Below, one piece after another: positions 17,439 through 27,092 of a stretch of DNA of 64,000 nucleotides (the stretch's first letter is position 1; the number at the start of each line of letters is the position of its first letter). The notes under the pieces were generated by a model. That model was not told where the DNA came from. It worked only from the letters and a program-made list of their open reading frames with translations, and made no database searches. The position numbers and the translations under genes were made by a program. The stretch lies in contig OY762911.1 in NCBI GenBank assembly GCA_963666565.1, positions 128,001 through 192,000 on the forward strand, read 5' to 3'. This stretch comes from Thermoanaerobaculia bacterium (GTDB taxonomy: Bacteria > Acidobacteriota > Thermoanaerobaculia > Multivoradales > Multivoraceae).

Positions 17439-17833
17439 GACAGCGTATCGACCAGGCCGGCTTCGATGATCCGCCGGTCCCTGGTCAGCAACGTGGCGCC
17501 AAGCACCCGGGCCGTCGCCACCAGAATCCGGTCGGCGGGGTCGCGGTGAAAGGAATCAGGAAGCGTCGCAACGTGTTCGCCGATCGCCGGAGAGATGCCC
17601 TGCCGGCGCACGAGCGGGTGCGCCACCGCCTTGTCGAGCCACTCCCTCAGCGGCAGCGTCAGGCGTATGCGGCCGAGGCTGTGCAAGGTCGCGATCTCCC
17701 AGATCGAGATGTCGGACACGAGCAGCGGAGACTCCGGGCCCACGCCCGCCAAAGCCTCCCGCTGGGACGACGAGAGGCGGCCCGGGTCGTTGAGCCACCG
17801 GATCAGGACGTGGGTGTCGAGCAGCAGCGTCAA
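17435..17833 (-). CDS. vapC: PIN-domain toxin (VapC family)
   Basis: LLLDTHV, SIWEI, HRDPADR, LLTRD. Confidence 0.9.
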   Translation of the reverse strand: MTLLLDTHVLIRWLNDPGRLSSSQREALAGVGPESPLLVSDISIWEIATLHSLGRIRLTLPLREWLDKAVAHPLVRRQGISPAIGEHVATLPDSFHRDPADRILVATARVLGATLLTRDRRIIEAGLVDTLS

Positions 17834-18069
17834 CGCCGCGCGCTTTCCCAGTCGTCCGCGGGCACGGCAAGCGCCAGGATGTCCCCTGTTTCGACGACCG
17901 TGCCCCTCAGTTCGTACTGAGGGTACGCATCACCGGCCCGAACGGCGGGTCCGAGTTCCGCGACCGGCCGGCCGCGCTTGAGGATGACGACGGGTTCTCC
18001 GGTCTCGGCGACTCGATCGAGGAGAGCGAGGCAGCGGGCCTTGAAGTCGGTGGCGTTGATTGTCTGCAT
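17830..18069 (-). CDS. Phd/YefM family antitoxin
   Basis: INATDFKARCLALLDRVAETGEPVVILKRGRPVAEL. Confidence 0.88.
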   Translation of the reverse strand: MQTINATDFKARCLALLDRVAETGEPVVILKRGRPVAELGPAVRAGDAYPQYELRGTVVETGDILALAVPADDWESARR

Positions 18070-18104
18070 CTGACCAGTCTTCATGCCCGGTCGGATCGTG
18101 TCAA
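18070..18104 (-). promoter_or_regulatory. Sigma70-like promoter for the phd-vapC pair, probably leaderless
   Basis: Minus strand reads TTGACA-N17-AAGACT-N6-ATG. An imperfect inverted repeat (TCTGACC/GGTCGGA) overlaps it and could be the operator. Confidence 0.55.
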
Positions 18105-18110
18105 GCCGCT

Positions 18111-19400
18111 TCAGGGAAGCTCTGCCGTTCTCCTGCGGCCCTCGACCGCGAAGTCGCCCTCGGGGGGCACATCGAGGCTCAGGGCGCCGCGGACGGTGTC
18201 GCCCCGGACCTGCAGCCAGGCGCTCAGCTTGCTCACCGACCCCTTGCCCCAGTTCACCTGGGATCCGGAGGCGACGTACTCGTAGCTCAGGATGCCGTCC
18301 TCGAACCGGACCGCCGTGACCTCCATCTCGCCGTCGACCTCGTCGTGGAGCGTCGCGGCGAGGGCGCCGTCCCGCTCGGACACGGTCAGCACGCTGCGGC
18401 GGAACTCGCCGAGGACCTTCGTCACAACGTCCCACTCGCCGACCACCGCGGCGGGATCGACCGGCGCCCCGGCGCCAACGACGCCGGGATAGTCGCGCCA
18501 GAGCCACCGCAGCGTCTCCGGGAAGATGGCGCCGCCGTGCCTCAGGTCGTGACCGCCCGTGCCCATCTCGAAGCGGTAGTCGTAGCGGGCGAACATCAGG
18601 GCGGACTCCATCTGGAGGTTGGCCAGCGCCCAGTTGCCCTCCGCGAGGTTGATGTCGTTCTCGCCGTCCTGGAGGAAGACGCGGATGGGCTTGGGGTTCC
18701 CGCGCGTCTTGCGGATCAGGTAGGGGTACCGGGAACCGCCCTCGAGCCTCGTGTAGCTGCCGACGTGGCTGACGACCTTGCTGAAGGCGTCGGGGCGTTG
18801 CCAGGCGACGGTGAAGGAGACCAGGCCGCCGTCGCTCATGCCGGCGATCGCCCGGCCGGCCGCCTCGTCCGTCAGGTTGTAGTCCTTGCCGACCTCGGGG
18901 AGGATCTCTTCCAGCAGGAAACGGGCGTAGGTGTCGTCGAGGGGCACGTACTGCGCGTGGCGCTGGTCCCAGGGGAGTTCCTTCATGCCGGGATTGATGA
19001 AGACGCCGATGGTCACCGGCATCTCGCCCCTGTGGATCAGGTTGTCGAAGACGGTCGGCGCCCGGACGGGGCCCTCGGGGTCCGCGTAGAACTGGCCGTC
19101 CTGGAAGACCATGACGGCCGCGGGTTCGGCGGCGTCGTACTGGGCCGGGACGTAGACCCGGTACTCGTGCGTCGTGCCCGGGTAGACGCGGCTGTCGTTC
19201 CAGGTGCGCTGCTCCACCGTGCCGGTCGGAACGCCTTCATGAGGCAGGGAGTCTGGACCGAGGGCGTACTGTGAACCGGCGGCGGCTGCCGGGAGCATCA
19301 GGGACACGAGCAGGACGGCGGACCGAAGCGGATGCCGGCCTGGCGGCCGGCGCGCTCTCCCGGCCGCCTGCGGCGACAGCGGGTCGGAAGACCCGCGCAC
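18111..19400 (-). CDS. Secreted alpha/beta-hydrolase (enterochelin-esterase-like) with C-terminal beta domain; start uncertain
   Basis: MVFQDG, GMSDGG nucleophile elbow, LQDGEND, GGHD. A hydrophobic signal stretch precedes the domain. Confidence 0.8.
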   Translation of the reverse strand: MRGSSDPLSPQAAGRARRPPGRHPLRSAVLLVSLMLPAAAAGSQYALGPDSLPHEGVPTGTVEQRTWNDSRVYPGTTHEYRVYVPAQYDAAEPAAVMVFQDGQFYADPEGPVRAPTVFDNLIHRGEMPVTIGVFINPGMKELPWDQRHAQYVPLDDTYARFLLEEILPEVGKDYNLTDEAAGRAIAGMSDGGLVSFTVAWQRPDAFSKVVSHVGSYTRLEGGSRYPYLIRKTRGNPKPIRVFLQDGENDINLAEGNWALANLQMESALMFARYDYRFEMGTGGHDLRHGGAIFPETLRWLWRDYPGVVGAGAPVDPAAVVGEWDVVTKVLGEFRRSVLTVSERDGALAATLHDEVDGEMEVTAVRFEDGILSYEYVASGSQVNWGKGSVSKLSAWLQVRGDTVRGALSLDVPPEGDFAVEGRRRTAELP

Positions 19401-19473
19401 CCAGCGAAGCGACGGCCGGGGCGGTTTCCCGGCCGCCTGCGGCGGCAGCGGGTCAGAGGACCCGCGCACCCAG
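19358..19473. repeat. Two tandem REP-like units (69-bp period)
   Basis: gcgggtcggaagacccgc-gcacccag at 19379-19404 and gcgggtcagaggacccgc-gcacccag at 19448-19473. Confidence 0.8.
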
Positions 19474-19496
19474 TCTGCAGAGTTCGCGGTTCGCTC

Positions 19497-22415
19497 CTAG
19501 TTGAACGGCCGGAAGCGGAGCTGCATGCCGACCTCGCGGGGAGGCGTCACGAAGCCCAGGGCCGGGACGGCGCCGTTCCCGGAGATCGGCAGGTACTCGA
19601 GGACGGCGACCTCGTCCATGACGTTCTTCAGGAACAGCGAAACCGACCACCTGTCGCTCGGCGTACTCCAGACGCCGCCCACGTCCAGCCGGTCGTATGC
19701 CGGCAGCTCCCAGATGTCGATGTTGCCGATGCTGGGAAACGCCGGGTCGGTGTGCGTGTAGGTCGTCTGGAGCGAAATGTGGCCCGCGGAGACGAGCGAC
19801 TTGAACCAGGACGCCGTCAGCGCCAGCTTGTTCGCCGGCGCCTTCGGCAGCCGGTTCCCGGTCTGATCGGTCGGCAGGTCGTACTCGCTCGTGGCTGGCT
19901 CGCCGGTGTCGAAGTTGATGTAGTTCCACGTCGCCGTCTGGCCGTAGGGGTGACCGTTGATCACCGAGGAGTGCCGACCGATCTCCGAGTCCTGCCAGGC
20001 ATAGAAGCCCCGGAGCCCGAACGAGCCGATCCGGTAGCTGAACTCGAGGTCGACGCCCTGAATCGTCGTATCGGGAATGTTCGCGGTGTACTCGACCAGC
20101 GGCGTCGTCGAGTAGATCGAGATCGGAATGTCCACGCCCGGCGGCGGCGCCTGCGTCGCACTGAGCTGGTAGTCGTCGAACTGGTTGTACCAGAGGCCGG
20201 CCGAGAGCTGCAGACGGGAGTCGAGGAAGAAGCCCTTCGCTCCCACTTCGTAGTTCACCAGCGTCTCTTCCTTGATGTACGGGGGCACCTGGCCCGGCAG
20301 ACCGATGTTGAAGCCACCGGAACGGAACCCCGTGGAGACCCGGCCGTACATCAGATGGCCGGCATCCGTCGTGCGCTCCAGGGCGAGGTGGCCGATCGGC
20401 CGCGCCCAGGTCTGAGGAAACGGGTTGCCCTCGCCTGCGAGCGCGATCGTGACCGGGGCGCCTCCCAGAGCCAGCGTGAAGAAGCCGCCCTGGTCCACGG
20501 GCCTCTGCGCCTTTTCGTCTTCGGTGTAGCGGATGCCGCCCGAGATCGCCCAACTGTCGTTGAACCGGTAGTCGGCGCTGAAGAACGCGGCCTCGGTCCA
20601 GTTCCTGCCAAAGTTGAAGAAACTGAGCAGGTGGCTCATGTCGTTGCCGTCCGGGCAGTACCAGTAGAGACCCTCCTCGTCGCCCGCCGGGTCGGTCGTG
20701 CCGATGCCCCATGCCTCGACGATGTTGATCAGGACATCCTGGCAACTCTCGACCGGAACGAAGCCATAGACCGGCGAGGCCCTCCGGGCCTGTTCGTCGG
20801 CCGTTCCGAAGCGGTACGGGATCTGCAGATCATGCCGGTGGATCGTCCCGGACCTCGTGTTCTTGTACCTGAACAACCCGCCGATGAAGTTGAAGTCGCC
20901 CGCGTAGCTCGATCTGAACAGGAGTTCCTGCGAGTCTTCCTCGTACTCGAACGGAAGGTCGTAGAACGAGTTCGAGAATTGCACCGTTCCGTCGGGACAC
21001 AGGCCGCCCCAGCGCCCCGGCGTGCAGGACGTCAGCGTGTGGTCCAGCGAGTCCGCGCTACCGCCGAGGCCGTGACCGCCCGGCGGCGTGCCGATCGGCA
21101 CCCGATCCGTGTAGTCGGCGTCCCTGAGCGCCTGCTGCACCGTATCGCCGCTGCTCGCGTTGAAGCTGATGCCGAGGGACCTCGAAACCTGCCAGTCGGC
21201 CCGGAGCGTACCGAACTCGCTCTCGCTCTCGTTGATTCCGGGGTAGTTGAAGGCCACCCTGTTCCTGATGTCGCCGGGGCAGTTCCAGGCGGGGGTATTG
21301 AGGCCGCAGTTCGGATCGAGGGCCGGGTTGGGCGTCTCCCAGAGGTAGTAGCGGTCCCGGGAGTAGCCGCCAGTCGTCCGGTCGACGTTCGAGAGCTGCA
21401 CGAAACCCCGGGGTACTCCGCTGTCCTCCACGCTGGACCAGCGGGCCCTCACGTTGAACCGCTCGGTTTCGGCGCGAAGCTGCGGCGCGTAGAAGGTCTG
21501 CTCGGGCGCGTCATGGTCGCCGCCGGCGCCGACGTTCTCCTGCCTGCCGTCGCCCGTGTGGTTGCCGCCCGTCAGCCGGAAGCTGAAGGGACTGTCGCCG
21601 AGAGGGCCGCCGATCGCCGCGTTCAGCCGCTGCTGCGAGATGTCGGTGACCTCCCCCATCAACTCGGCATCCCACTGATTCGTCGGTCCCTTGGTGACGA
21701 GGTTGATCGCGCCCGCGATCGAGTTGCGGCCATTCAGGGTTCCCTGGGGTCCGCGGGCCACCTCGATGCGTTCCAGGTCGAAGCCGCCGCCGGGCGTCGT
21801 GCCGTAGACGCCCAGCGTGTAGGCGCCGTCGACGTAGGTGGCGACGGCATAGTCGGCCTGGTCGTACTGGGCGTTCCGGGTGCCGATTCCGCGGATGACC
21901 GTACCTTGGCCCTGCTGCTCGACCTCGTCGCCGAACTGGAGGCCCGGAACCAGGTTCTGCAGGTCCGTCCTCTCCTGGATCACGAGTTCCTCGAGTACGC
22001 CCGAGTCGAACGCGGTGATCGTCATCGGCACTTCCATGACGTTCTCCTCGACCCTTTCGGCCGTGACCATGACCGTGTCGTGGTAGGCCGGGCGAATCTG
22101 GAAGGAGACCGTGGCGCCGCTCGCGGTCACAGTGACGGACTGGCTCGACGACTGGAAGCCCTCGAGGCTCGCGGTCACGGTGTGGCTGCCGGCCGCGACG
22201 CCTTCGATCGAGAAGGCGCCGTCCGCGCGCGTGATCGCATCGCCGCCGCCCTCGACGCTGACCAGGACGCCCGGAAGCGGGTCGCCGTCGGCGTCGGTGA
22301 CGGTGCCCGAAACGCTCCCGTCCTGCGCCAGCGCGGGCAAGGCGAGGAGCGTCAGGGTAAGAAGAGAGGCGAAGATCCTGGCGGTCTCCGATGCGAGTCG
22401 AGGTCTGTTCTCCAT
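19497..22415 (-). CDS. TonB-dependent receptor with N-terminal carboxypeptidase-regulatory-like domain
   Basis: Signal peptide, GSVSGTVTD...PLPGV, VMVTAERVEE, ERIEVARGPQGTLNGRN plug motif, aromatic C-terminal strand. Confidence 0.9.
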   Translation of the reverse strand: MENRPRLASETARIFASLLTLTLLALPALAQDGSVSGTVTDADGDPLPGVLVSVEGGGDAITRADGAFSIEGVAAGSHTVTASLEGFQSSSQSVTVTASGATVSFQIRPAYHDTVMVTAERVEENVMEVPMTITAFDSGVLEELVIQERTDLQNLVPGLQFGDEVEQQGQGTVIRGIGTRNAQYDQADYAVATYVDGAYTLGVYGTTPGGGFDLERIEVARGPQGTLNGRNSIAGAINLVTKGPTNQWDAELMGEVTDISQQRLNAAIGGPLGDSPFSFRLTGGNHTGDGRQENVGAGGDHDAPEQTFYAPQLRAETERFNVRARWSSVEDSGVPRGFVQLSNVDRTTGGYSRDRYYLWETPNPALDPNCGLNTPAWNCPGDIRNRVAFNYPGINESESEFGTLRADWQVSRSLGISFNASSGDTVQQALRDADYTDRVPIGTPPGGHGLGGSADSLDHTLTSCTPGRWGGLCPDGTVQFSNSFYDLPFEYEEDSQELLFRSSYAGDFNFIGGLFRYKNTRSGTIHRHDLQIPYRFGTADEQARRASPVYGFVPVESCQDVLINIVEAWGIGTTDPAGDEEGLYWYCPDGNDMSHLLSFFNFGRNWTEAAFFSADYRFNDSWAISGGIRYTEDEKAQRPVDQGGFFTLALGGAPVTIALAGEGNPFPQTWARPIGHLALERTTDAGHLMYGRVSTGFRSGGFNIGLPGQVPPYIKEETLVNYEVGAKGFFLDSRLQLSAGLWYNQFDDYQLSATQAPPPGVDIPISIYSTTPLVEYTANIPDTTIQGVDLEFSYRIGSFGLRGFYAWQDSEIGRHSSVINGHPYGQTATWNYINFDTGEPATSEYDLPTDQTGNRLPKAPANKLALTASWFKSLVSAGHISLQTTYTHTDPAFPSIGNIDIWELPAYDRLDVGGVWSTPSDRWSVSLFLKNVMDEVAVLEYLPISGNGAVPALGFVTPPREVGMQLRFRPFN

Positions 22416-22537
22416 GGCGTTCTCCCTCTGGTTATCCTGCCGGTAGCACCGCACCGGCCAGCTAGGCTCTCGAACAGCCGAACATGATACACCGTTCAAT
22501 GTTCCGCGCCGCAAACCGGCGGCGCGGATCCAACACG

Positions 22538-24685
22538 ATGAACATTCCTCTGCCCCACGACTACGCGGAACGCGTCTACGCCGGCGTCCTCGGCAAGGTC
22601 GTCGGCGTCTACCTCGGCCGACCCTTCGAGGGATGGCCGTACGAGTGGATCCGCAAGCGGCTGGGCGACATCGAGTACTACGTACACGACCGGCTCGACG
22701 TTCCCCTGGTCGTCACCGACGACGACATCACGGGGACCTTCACCTTTCTGCGCGCGCTCGAAGACCACGGCTCGGGCGCCGACCTCAGTTCGCGGGAAGT
22801 GGGCGAGACGTGGCTCAACTACCTGATCCGGGAGCGCACGGTGCTGTGGTGGGGCGGTCTCGGCAACTCCACGGAGCACACCGCCTACCTCCGTCTCAAG
22901 AGCGGGATCGAGGCGCCCACGAGCGGCTCGATGGAGTTGAACGGCAAGGTCGTGGCCGAGCAGATCGGCGCCCAGATCTTCATCGACGGCTGGGCGATGG
23001 TCGCTCCCGGCGACCCGGACCTGGCGGTCCGCCTGGCGACCGCGGCCGCGCGGGTGAGCCACGACGGCGAGGCCGTACACGGCGCGCGCGTCGTCGCGGC
23101 GATGGAGTCGATGGCGTTCGTCGAGCGGGACACGGCCACGCTGCTCGAGGCCGCGCTCGGCTACATCCCGCCGGACTCGGTGATCGCGCGGATGATCGGC
23201 GACCTGCGCCGCTGGCGCGCCGCCGACGGCGACTGGCGAGCCAACCGCGCCCGGCTCGCCGAGCGCTACGGCTACGACAAGTACGGCGGCAACTGCCACA
23301 TGGTCCCCAACCACGGCTTGATCGTCCTGGCGTTGCTCCACGGGGAGGACGACTTCGCCGAGACGCTGAAGATCGTCAATACCTGCGGCTGGGACACCGA
23401 CTGCAACTCGGGCAACGTCGGCTGCCTCCTCGGGATCAAGGAAGGCCTGGCCGGCATCGACGCCGGGCTGGAGAAGGGCCTCGACTGGCGCGGTCCGGTG
23501 GCCGACCGCGTCTACCTGCCGACCGCCGACGGCGGCCGGGCGATCAGCGACTGCGCCACCGAGGCGCTGCACGTCGTCAACATGGGGCGGCGACTCGCCG
23601 GCGAGACGGCGCTGGCGCCGAAGGGCGGCGCGCAGTTTCACTTCTCCTTCCCCGGCTCCGTTCAGGGCTTCCAGGTCGCGGAGGGCGAGGCCGAGGTCGC
23701 CAATGTCGCGCTGCCTGGGTCGAAGGCGCGACGCGAGCCCGGATCGCGTCCCGGCCGGCGCCGGCGGCACGCTTCCGGCGAGCGGGCCCTGCGCATCGAC
23801 GCGGACGGCGAGGCCCGGGTCGGCTCGCCCGTCTTCATCCCCGCGGTCGAGACGGCAGAGTGGTTCGAGGGCCGCGTCTATCCGCTGATGGCCTCGCCAC
23901 GGATCTTCCCCGGCCAGACCGTCGAGGCGACGCTCGGCGCCGGGGCGGACGGCGTCCGGGCCAACGTGTATCTCGGCTACTACGGAGAGGACGACGAGGT
24001 CGGGCATCTCGACGGCGATGTCGTCGAGCTGGCCGCCGGAGAGAGCAAGCGCGTGGCGTTCAGGGTGCCGGCGCTGCCCGGTCCGGTCTTCTCGGCCGGC
24101 GTCCGCGTCGCGGGACCGGCGGCGGGTTCCGTCTTCCTGGAGGCGCTCAAGTGGTCGGGCGCGCCGGAGTTCCGGCTCGAACGTCCGACCCACCGGGGCA
24201 CGATGTGGCGTCGGGCCTGGGTCAACGGCGTCGACCTGCTGACCAAGGGCACCGAGATGTTCCGGCTGGTCCAGAATGCCGGCATGGGCCTGCTGATGCA
24301 GGGGACCCGGGAGTGGCGCGACTACTCCGTGACCGCCGACGTGACGCCCCACCTCGTCGAGAGAGCCGGCGTCGCCGTCCAGGTCCAGGGCCTCACCCGT
24401 TTCTACGGCCTGCTCCTGGCCCCCGGAAACCGTGTGCAGCTCGTGCGCATGCTGCACACCGAGGAGGTGCTGGACGAAGCCGACCTCGAATGGCGGCTCG
24501 GCGAGACCCGCGAACTGACCCTCGAGGTCCGCGGCAATCGCCTCGCCGGCAAGGTCGACGGCGCGACTCTCGTCGAAGCGACGGGCGACGCCATGGACCG
24601 CGGCGGCATCGGCCTGGTCGTCGAGGAGGGGCGGCTGGGCGTCGACCGGGTGGAAGTTCATCCTGCATCGGCTCGGTACCCGTAA
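22538..24685 (+). CDS. ADP-ribosylglycohydrolase family protein with C-terminal beta domains
   Basis: VYAGVLGK...GRPFEGW, VTDDD, GWDTDCNSGNVG. Confidence 0.85.
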   Translation: MNIPLPHDYAERVYAGVLGKVVGVYLGRPFEGWPYEWIRKRLGDIEYYVHDRLDVPLVVTDDDITGTFTFLRALEDHGSGADLSSREVGETWLNYLIRERTVLWWGGLGNSTEHTAYLRLKSGIEAPTSGSMELNGKVVAEQIGAQIFIDGWAMVAPGDPDLAVRLATAAARVSHDGEAVHGARVVAAMESMAFVERDTATLLEAALGYIPPDSVIARMIGDLRRWRAADGDWRANRARLAERYGYDKYGGNCHMVPNHGLIVLALLHGEDDFAETLKIVNTCGWDTDCNSGNVGCLLGIKEGLAGIDAGLEKGLDWRGPVADRVYLPTADGGRAISDCATEALHVVNMGRRLAGETALAPKGGAQFHFSFPGSVQGFQVAEGEAEVANVALPGSKARREPGSRPGRRRRHASGERALRIDADGEARVGSPVFIPAVETAEWFEGRVYPLMASPRIFPGQTVEATLGAGADGVRANVYLGYYGEDDEVGHLDGDVVELAAGESKRVAFRVPALPGPVFSAGVRVAGPAAGSVFLEALKWSGAPEFRLERPTHRGTMWRRAWVNGVDLLTKGTEMFRLVQNAGMGLLMQGTREWRDYSVTADVTPHLVERAGVAVQVQGLTRFYGLLLAPGNRVQLVRMLHTEEVLDEADLEWRLGETRELTLEVRGNRLAGKVDGATLVEATGDAMDRGGIGLVVEEGRLGVDRVEVHPASARYP

Positions 24686-24704
24686 ATGTGGCAATATGGG
24701 GGAC

Positions 24705-24986
24705 ATGAAGACCACGATCGAACTTCCCGGCACGACGCTCCGCCGCGCAAAGGTTCTGGCCGCCGGGCGCGGAATGACTCTGAAACGCTTCTTTACCGAT
24801 GCCGTCGAACTGCACCTTGGTCGATACGCTGAGCGCACCGATCCTCACTCCGCGCCACCGGGTTCGCCGGAGCCGCCCTGGATGGCCGGCTTCGGAGGCC
24901 TCGCCGACCTCGGCGACGAGCATCGGATCCTCCGCGAGGCCATCGAAGAGGAGTTCGAGAAGCTCGACCCCGGCGACGTTCCGTGA
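24705..24986 (+). CDS. VapB-like RHH antitoxin
   Basis: MKTTIELP...RRAKVLAA.RGMTLK. GTGA overlap with the PIN gene. Confidence 0.8.
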   Translation: MKTTIELPGTTLRRAKVLAAGRGMTLKRFFTDAVELHLGRYAERTDPHSAPPGSPEPPWMAGFGGLADLGDEHRILREAIEEEFEKLDPGDVP

Positions 24987-25360
24987 TTCTCGACACGAAC
25001 GCGCTGTCGGCCTGGGCCGAAGGGCTCACGCCGGTCGAAGCGCCGCTGCGCTCGGCGCAGCGGTTGGTCGTGCCCAGCATCGTCCTCGGCGAGTACTACT
25101 TCGGCGTGCGCATGTCACGCCAGAGACGGCGCTACGAGCAATGGCTCCGGCTCCACCTGCCTCTCGCCGAAGTGGCAACCGTTACGTCCGCGACGGCCGA
25201 CATCTACGCCGAAATCCGGTTGCAACTGAGACGAGCCGGTACGCCGATACCTTCCAACGACACATGGATCGCAGCGCTCTGCCAACAGCACGCCTTGCCC
25301 GTTCTGAGCAACGACGCGCACTTCGACGCCGTCGCGGGTGTCCGCCGGATCGCCTTCTGA
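24983..25360 (+). CDS. vapC: PIN-domain toxin (VapC family)
   Basis: ILDTN, VLGE, IPSNDTWIAA, SNDAHF. Confidence 0.9.
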   Translation: MILDTNALSAWAEGLTPVEAPLRSAQRLVVPSIVLGEYYFGVRMSRQRRRYEQWLRLHLPLAEVATVTSATADIYAEIRLQLRRAGTPIPSNDTWIAALCQQHALPVLSNDAHFDAVAGVRRIAF

Positions 25361-25428
25361 CCGCTCGTCGGCACGCGATACGATCCACCCGTCCACCGAC
25401 ACGCCAACTTTCCGGGCTGAAACACCTC

Positions 25429-27009
25429 ATGAACCAGAAAGCACACCGCAGCCTGACCGCGACCCTCGTCCCTGTGGCGACGATCGCCGGCGCCCTCCTC
25501 GCGATACCGCCGGCCGCCGCCGCCGACGCGCCGACCTACAGCCGCGATGTCGCGCCGATCTTCTTCAAGAACTGCGTGCAGTGCCACCGGACCGGCGAGG
25601 TCGCTCCGATGTCGCTGATGACCTACCGGGAAGCGCGACCGTGGGCCCGCTCGATCGCCCGCGCGGTCGAGAACCGCGACATGCCGCCGTGGAGCGGCGA
25701 GTCCGAGAACCACGTCTGGTCGAACGACCTCTCGCTCTCCTCTGCCGAGATCGAGACGATCGTCGCCTGGGCCAAGTCCGGCGCCCCGCAGGGCAACCCC
25801 GCCGACCTGCCCGAAGCCCCGACCTTCCCGAAGGGCTGGAAGCTCGGCGAGCCCGACTTCGTCGTCACGCTCGACAGCATCGAGGTGCCGGCCGAAGGCG
25901 ACGATCTCTTCCCGCAGCAGGTGATCGACGTCGACCTCGGCGAGCCGCGCTGGGTCCGCGCCATCGAGTTCCTGCCGGAGGACTCCCGCGTCACGCATCA
26001 CTTCCTGACGACCTACGTGAGCGAACTGAACGAGGGCGATCCCGCCGCCTCCGGCGTCCTCGGCATCTGGACGGCCGGCATGCCGCCCTACGTCTTCCCG
26101 GAGGGCGTCGGCCGCCGCTTCGGCTCGAAGATCCGCATCGTCGTCGATCAGCACTACCACCCGATCGGCGAAGCGACGAGCGACGCCTCGCGGATCGGTC
26201 TCCACTTCGGCGAAGGCGATCTCGAGAAGGAAGTCATCACGATTCCGGTGACCAACACCGGCCTGCGCATTCCGCCGGGGGCCGCGCACCACGCCGAGAA
26301 CGCCCACTACCTGTTCGACAAGGACGTCCAGATCCTCGCCTTCAGCCCGCACATGCACGTCCGCGGCAAGGCGATGACCTACGTCGTCACCTACCCCGAC
26401 GGTTCCACCGAGACCCTGCTGGACGTGCCGAACTACGACTACAACTGGCAGTGGCTGTACTACCCGACCATGCCGATCGACATTCCGGCCGGCAGCCGCC
26501 TCGACGTCACCGCCGTCTGGGACAACTCCGAGGACAACCCGGCCAACCCGGACCCGACGCAGGAGATCATCTACCGCGGCGACACGTTCAGCGAGATGTT
26601 CAACGGGTTCATCGAGGTCACCCGGAAGGAAGGCGTCCTCTTCGAGCAGCAGAATCAGAGGGAGCAGATCCTCGACCTGCTGGCGCTGCACCCGGCGCAG
26701 GACTCCTGGGTGTCCGGCGGCTTCATGGGCTTCCACGTTCCGCGCGAAGGCGAAGGCTGGCTCTACATGGGCGGCATCTACTCGATCGTCCTCGACGACT
26801 TCGAGTGGCAGGGCGACGCCCTTCGGATCACGACGCAGTTCCCCACCCTGAACGCGAGCGCCACGACGACCGTGATCGAGGGCCGGCTCAACGAGCAGGG
26901 TCAACTCCGGGGAACGGTCACGATCGGCGCGGACACCGACCAGCCACAGCAGATGCCGCTCTTCGCCGAGCCGGTCGGCGGCGGGACGGCGTCGTCCGCG
27001 GGCCCGTAG
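25429..27009 (+). CDS. Secreted cytochrome c / copper type II (PHM/DBH-like) monooxygenase fusion protein
   Basis: Signal peptide, heme motif CVQCH and MPPW, then HH, QHYH, PHMH and EM copper-ligand motifs. Confidence 0.75.
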   Translation: MNQKAHRSLTATLVPVATIAGALLAIPPAAAADAPTYSRDVAPIFFKNCVQCHRTGEVAPMSLMTYREARPWARSIARAVENRDMPPWSGESENHVWSNDLSLSSAEIETIVAWAKSGAPQGNPADLPEAPTFPKGWKLGEPDFVVTLDSIEVPAEGDDLFPQQVIDVDLGEPRWVRAIEFLPEDSRVTHHFLTTYVSELNEGDPAASGVLGIWTAGMPPYVFPEGVGRRFGSKIRIVVDQHYHPIGEATSDASRIGLHFGEGDLEKEVITIPVTNTGLRIPPGAAHHAENAHYLFDKDVQILAFSPHMHVRGKAMTYVVTYPDGSTETLLDVPNYDYNWQWLYYPTMPIDIPAGSRLDVTAVWDNSEDNPANPDPTQEIIYRGDTFSEMFNGFIEVTRKEGVLFEQQNQREQILDLLALHPAQDSWVSGGFMGFHVPREGEGWLYMGGIYSIVLDDFEWQGDALRITTQFPTLNASATTTVIEGRLNEQGQLRGTVTIGADTDQPQQMPLFAEPVGGGTASSAGP

Positions 27010-27021
27010 CCGCACCACCGC

Positions 27022-27049
27022 GTGCGCCGGCGTCGCCGCCGGCATCCGG
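27022..27049. repeat. REP-like palindrome, family B
   Basis: gtgc-gccggc-gtcgcc-gccggc-atccgg, nearly identical to 47832-47859. Confidence 0.7.
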
Positions 27050-27092
27050 GCCGAGCCGCTAGTGTCGCGAGGCTGCCGGGCCAGCGCCGGTC

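Noticed and set aside
19358-19473. Possible CRISPR array (69-bp period)
   Set aside because: Only two non-identical units, no cas genes, and dispersed copies elsewhere, which fits a REP.
19332-22487. 1051-aa plus-strand ORF and similar long antisense ORFs (2349-3983, 7748-9871, 41331-44129, 53304-55589)
   Set aside because: Antisense or off-frame shadows of well-supported genes, expected in high-GC DNA, with no motifs of their own.
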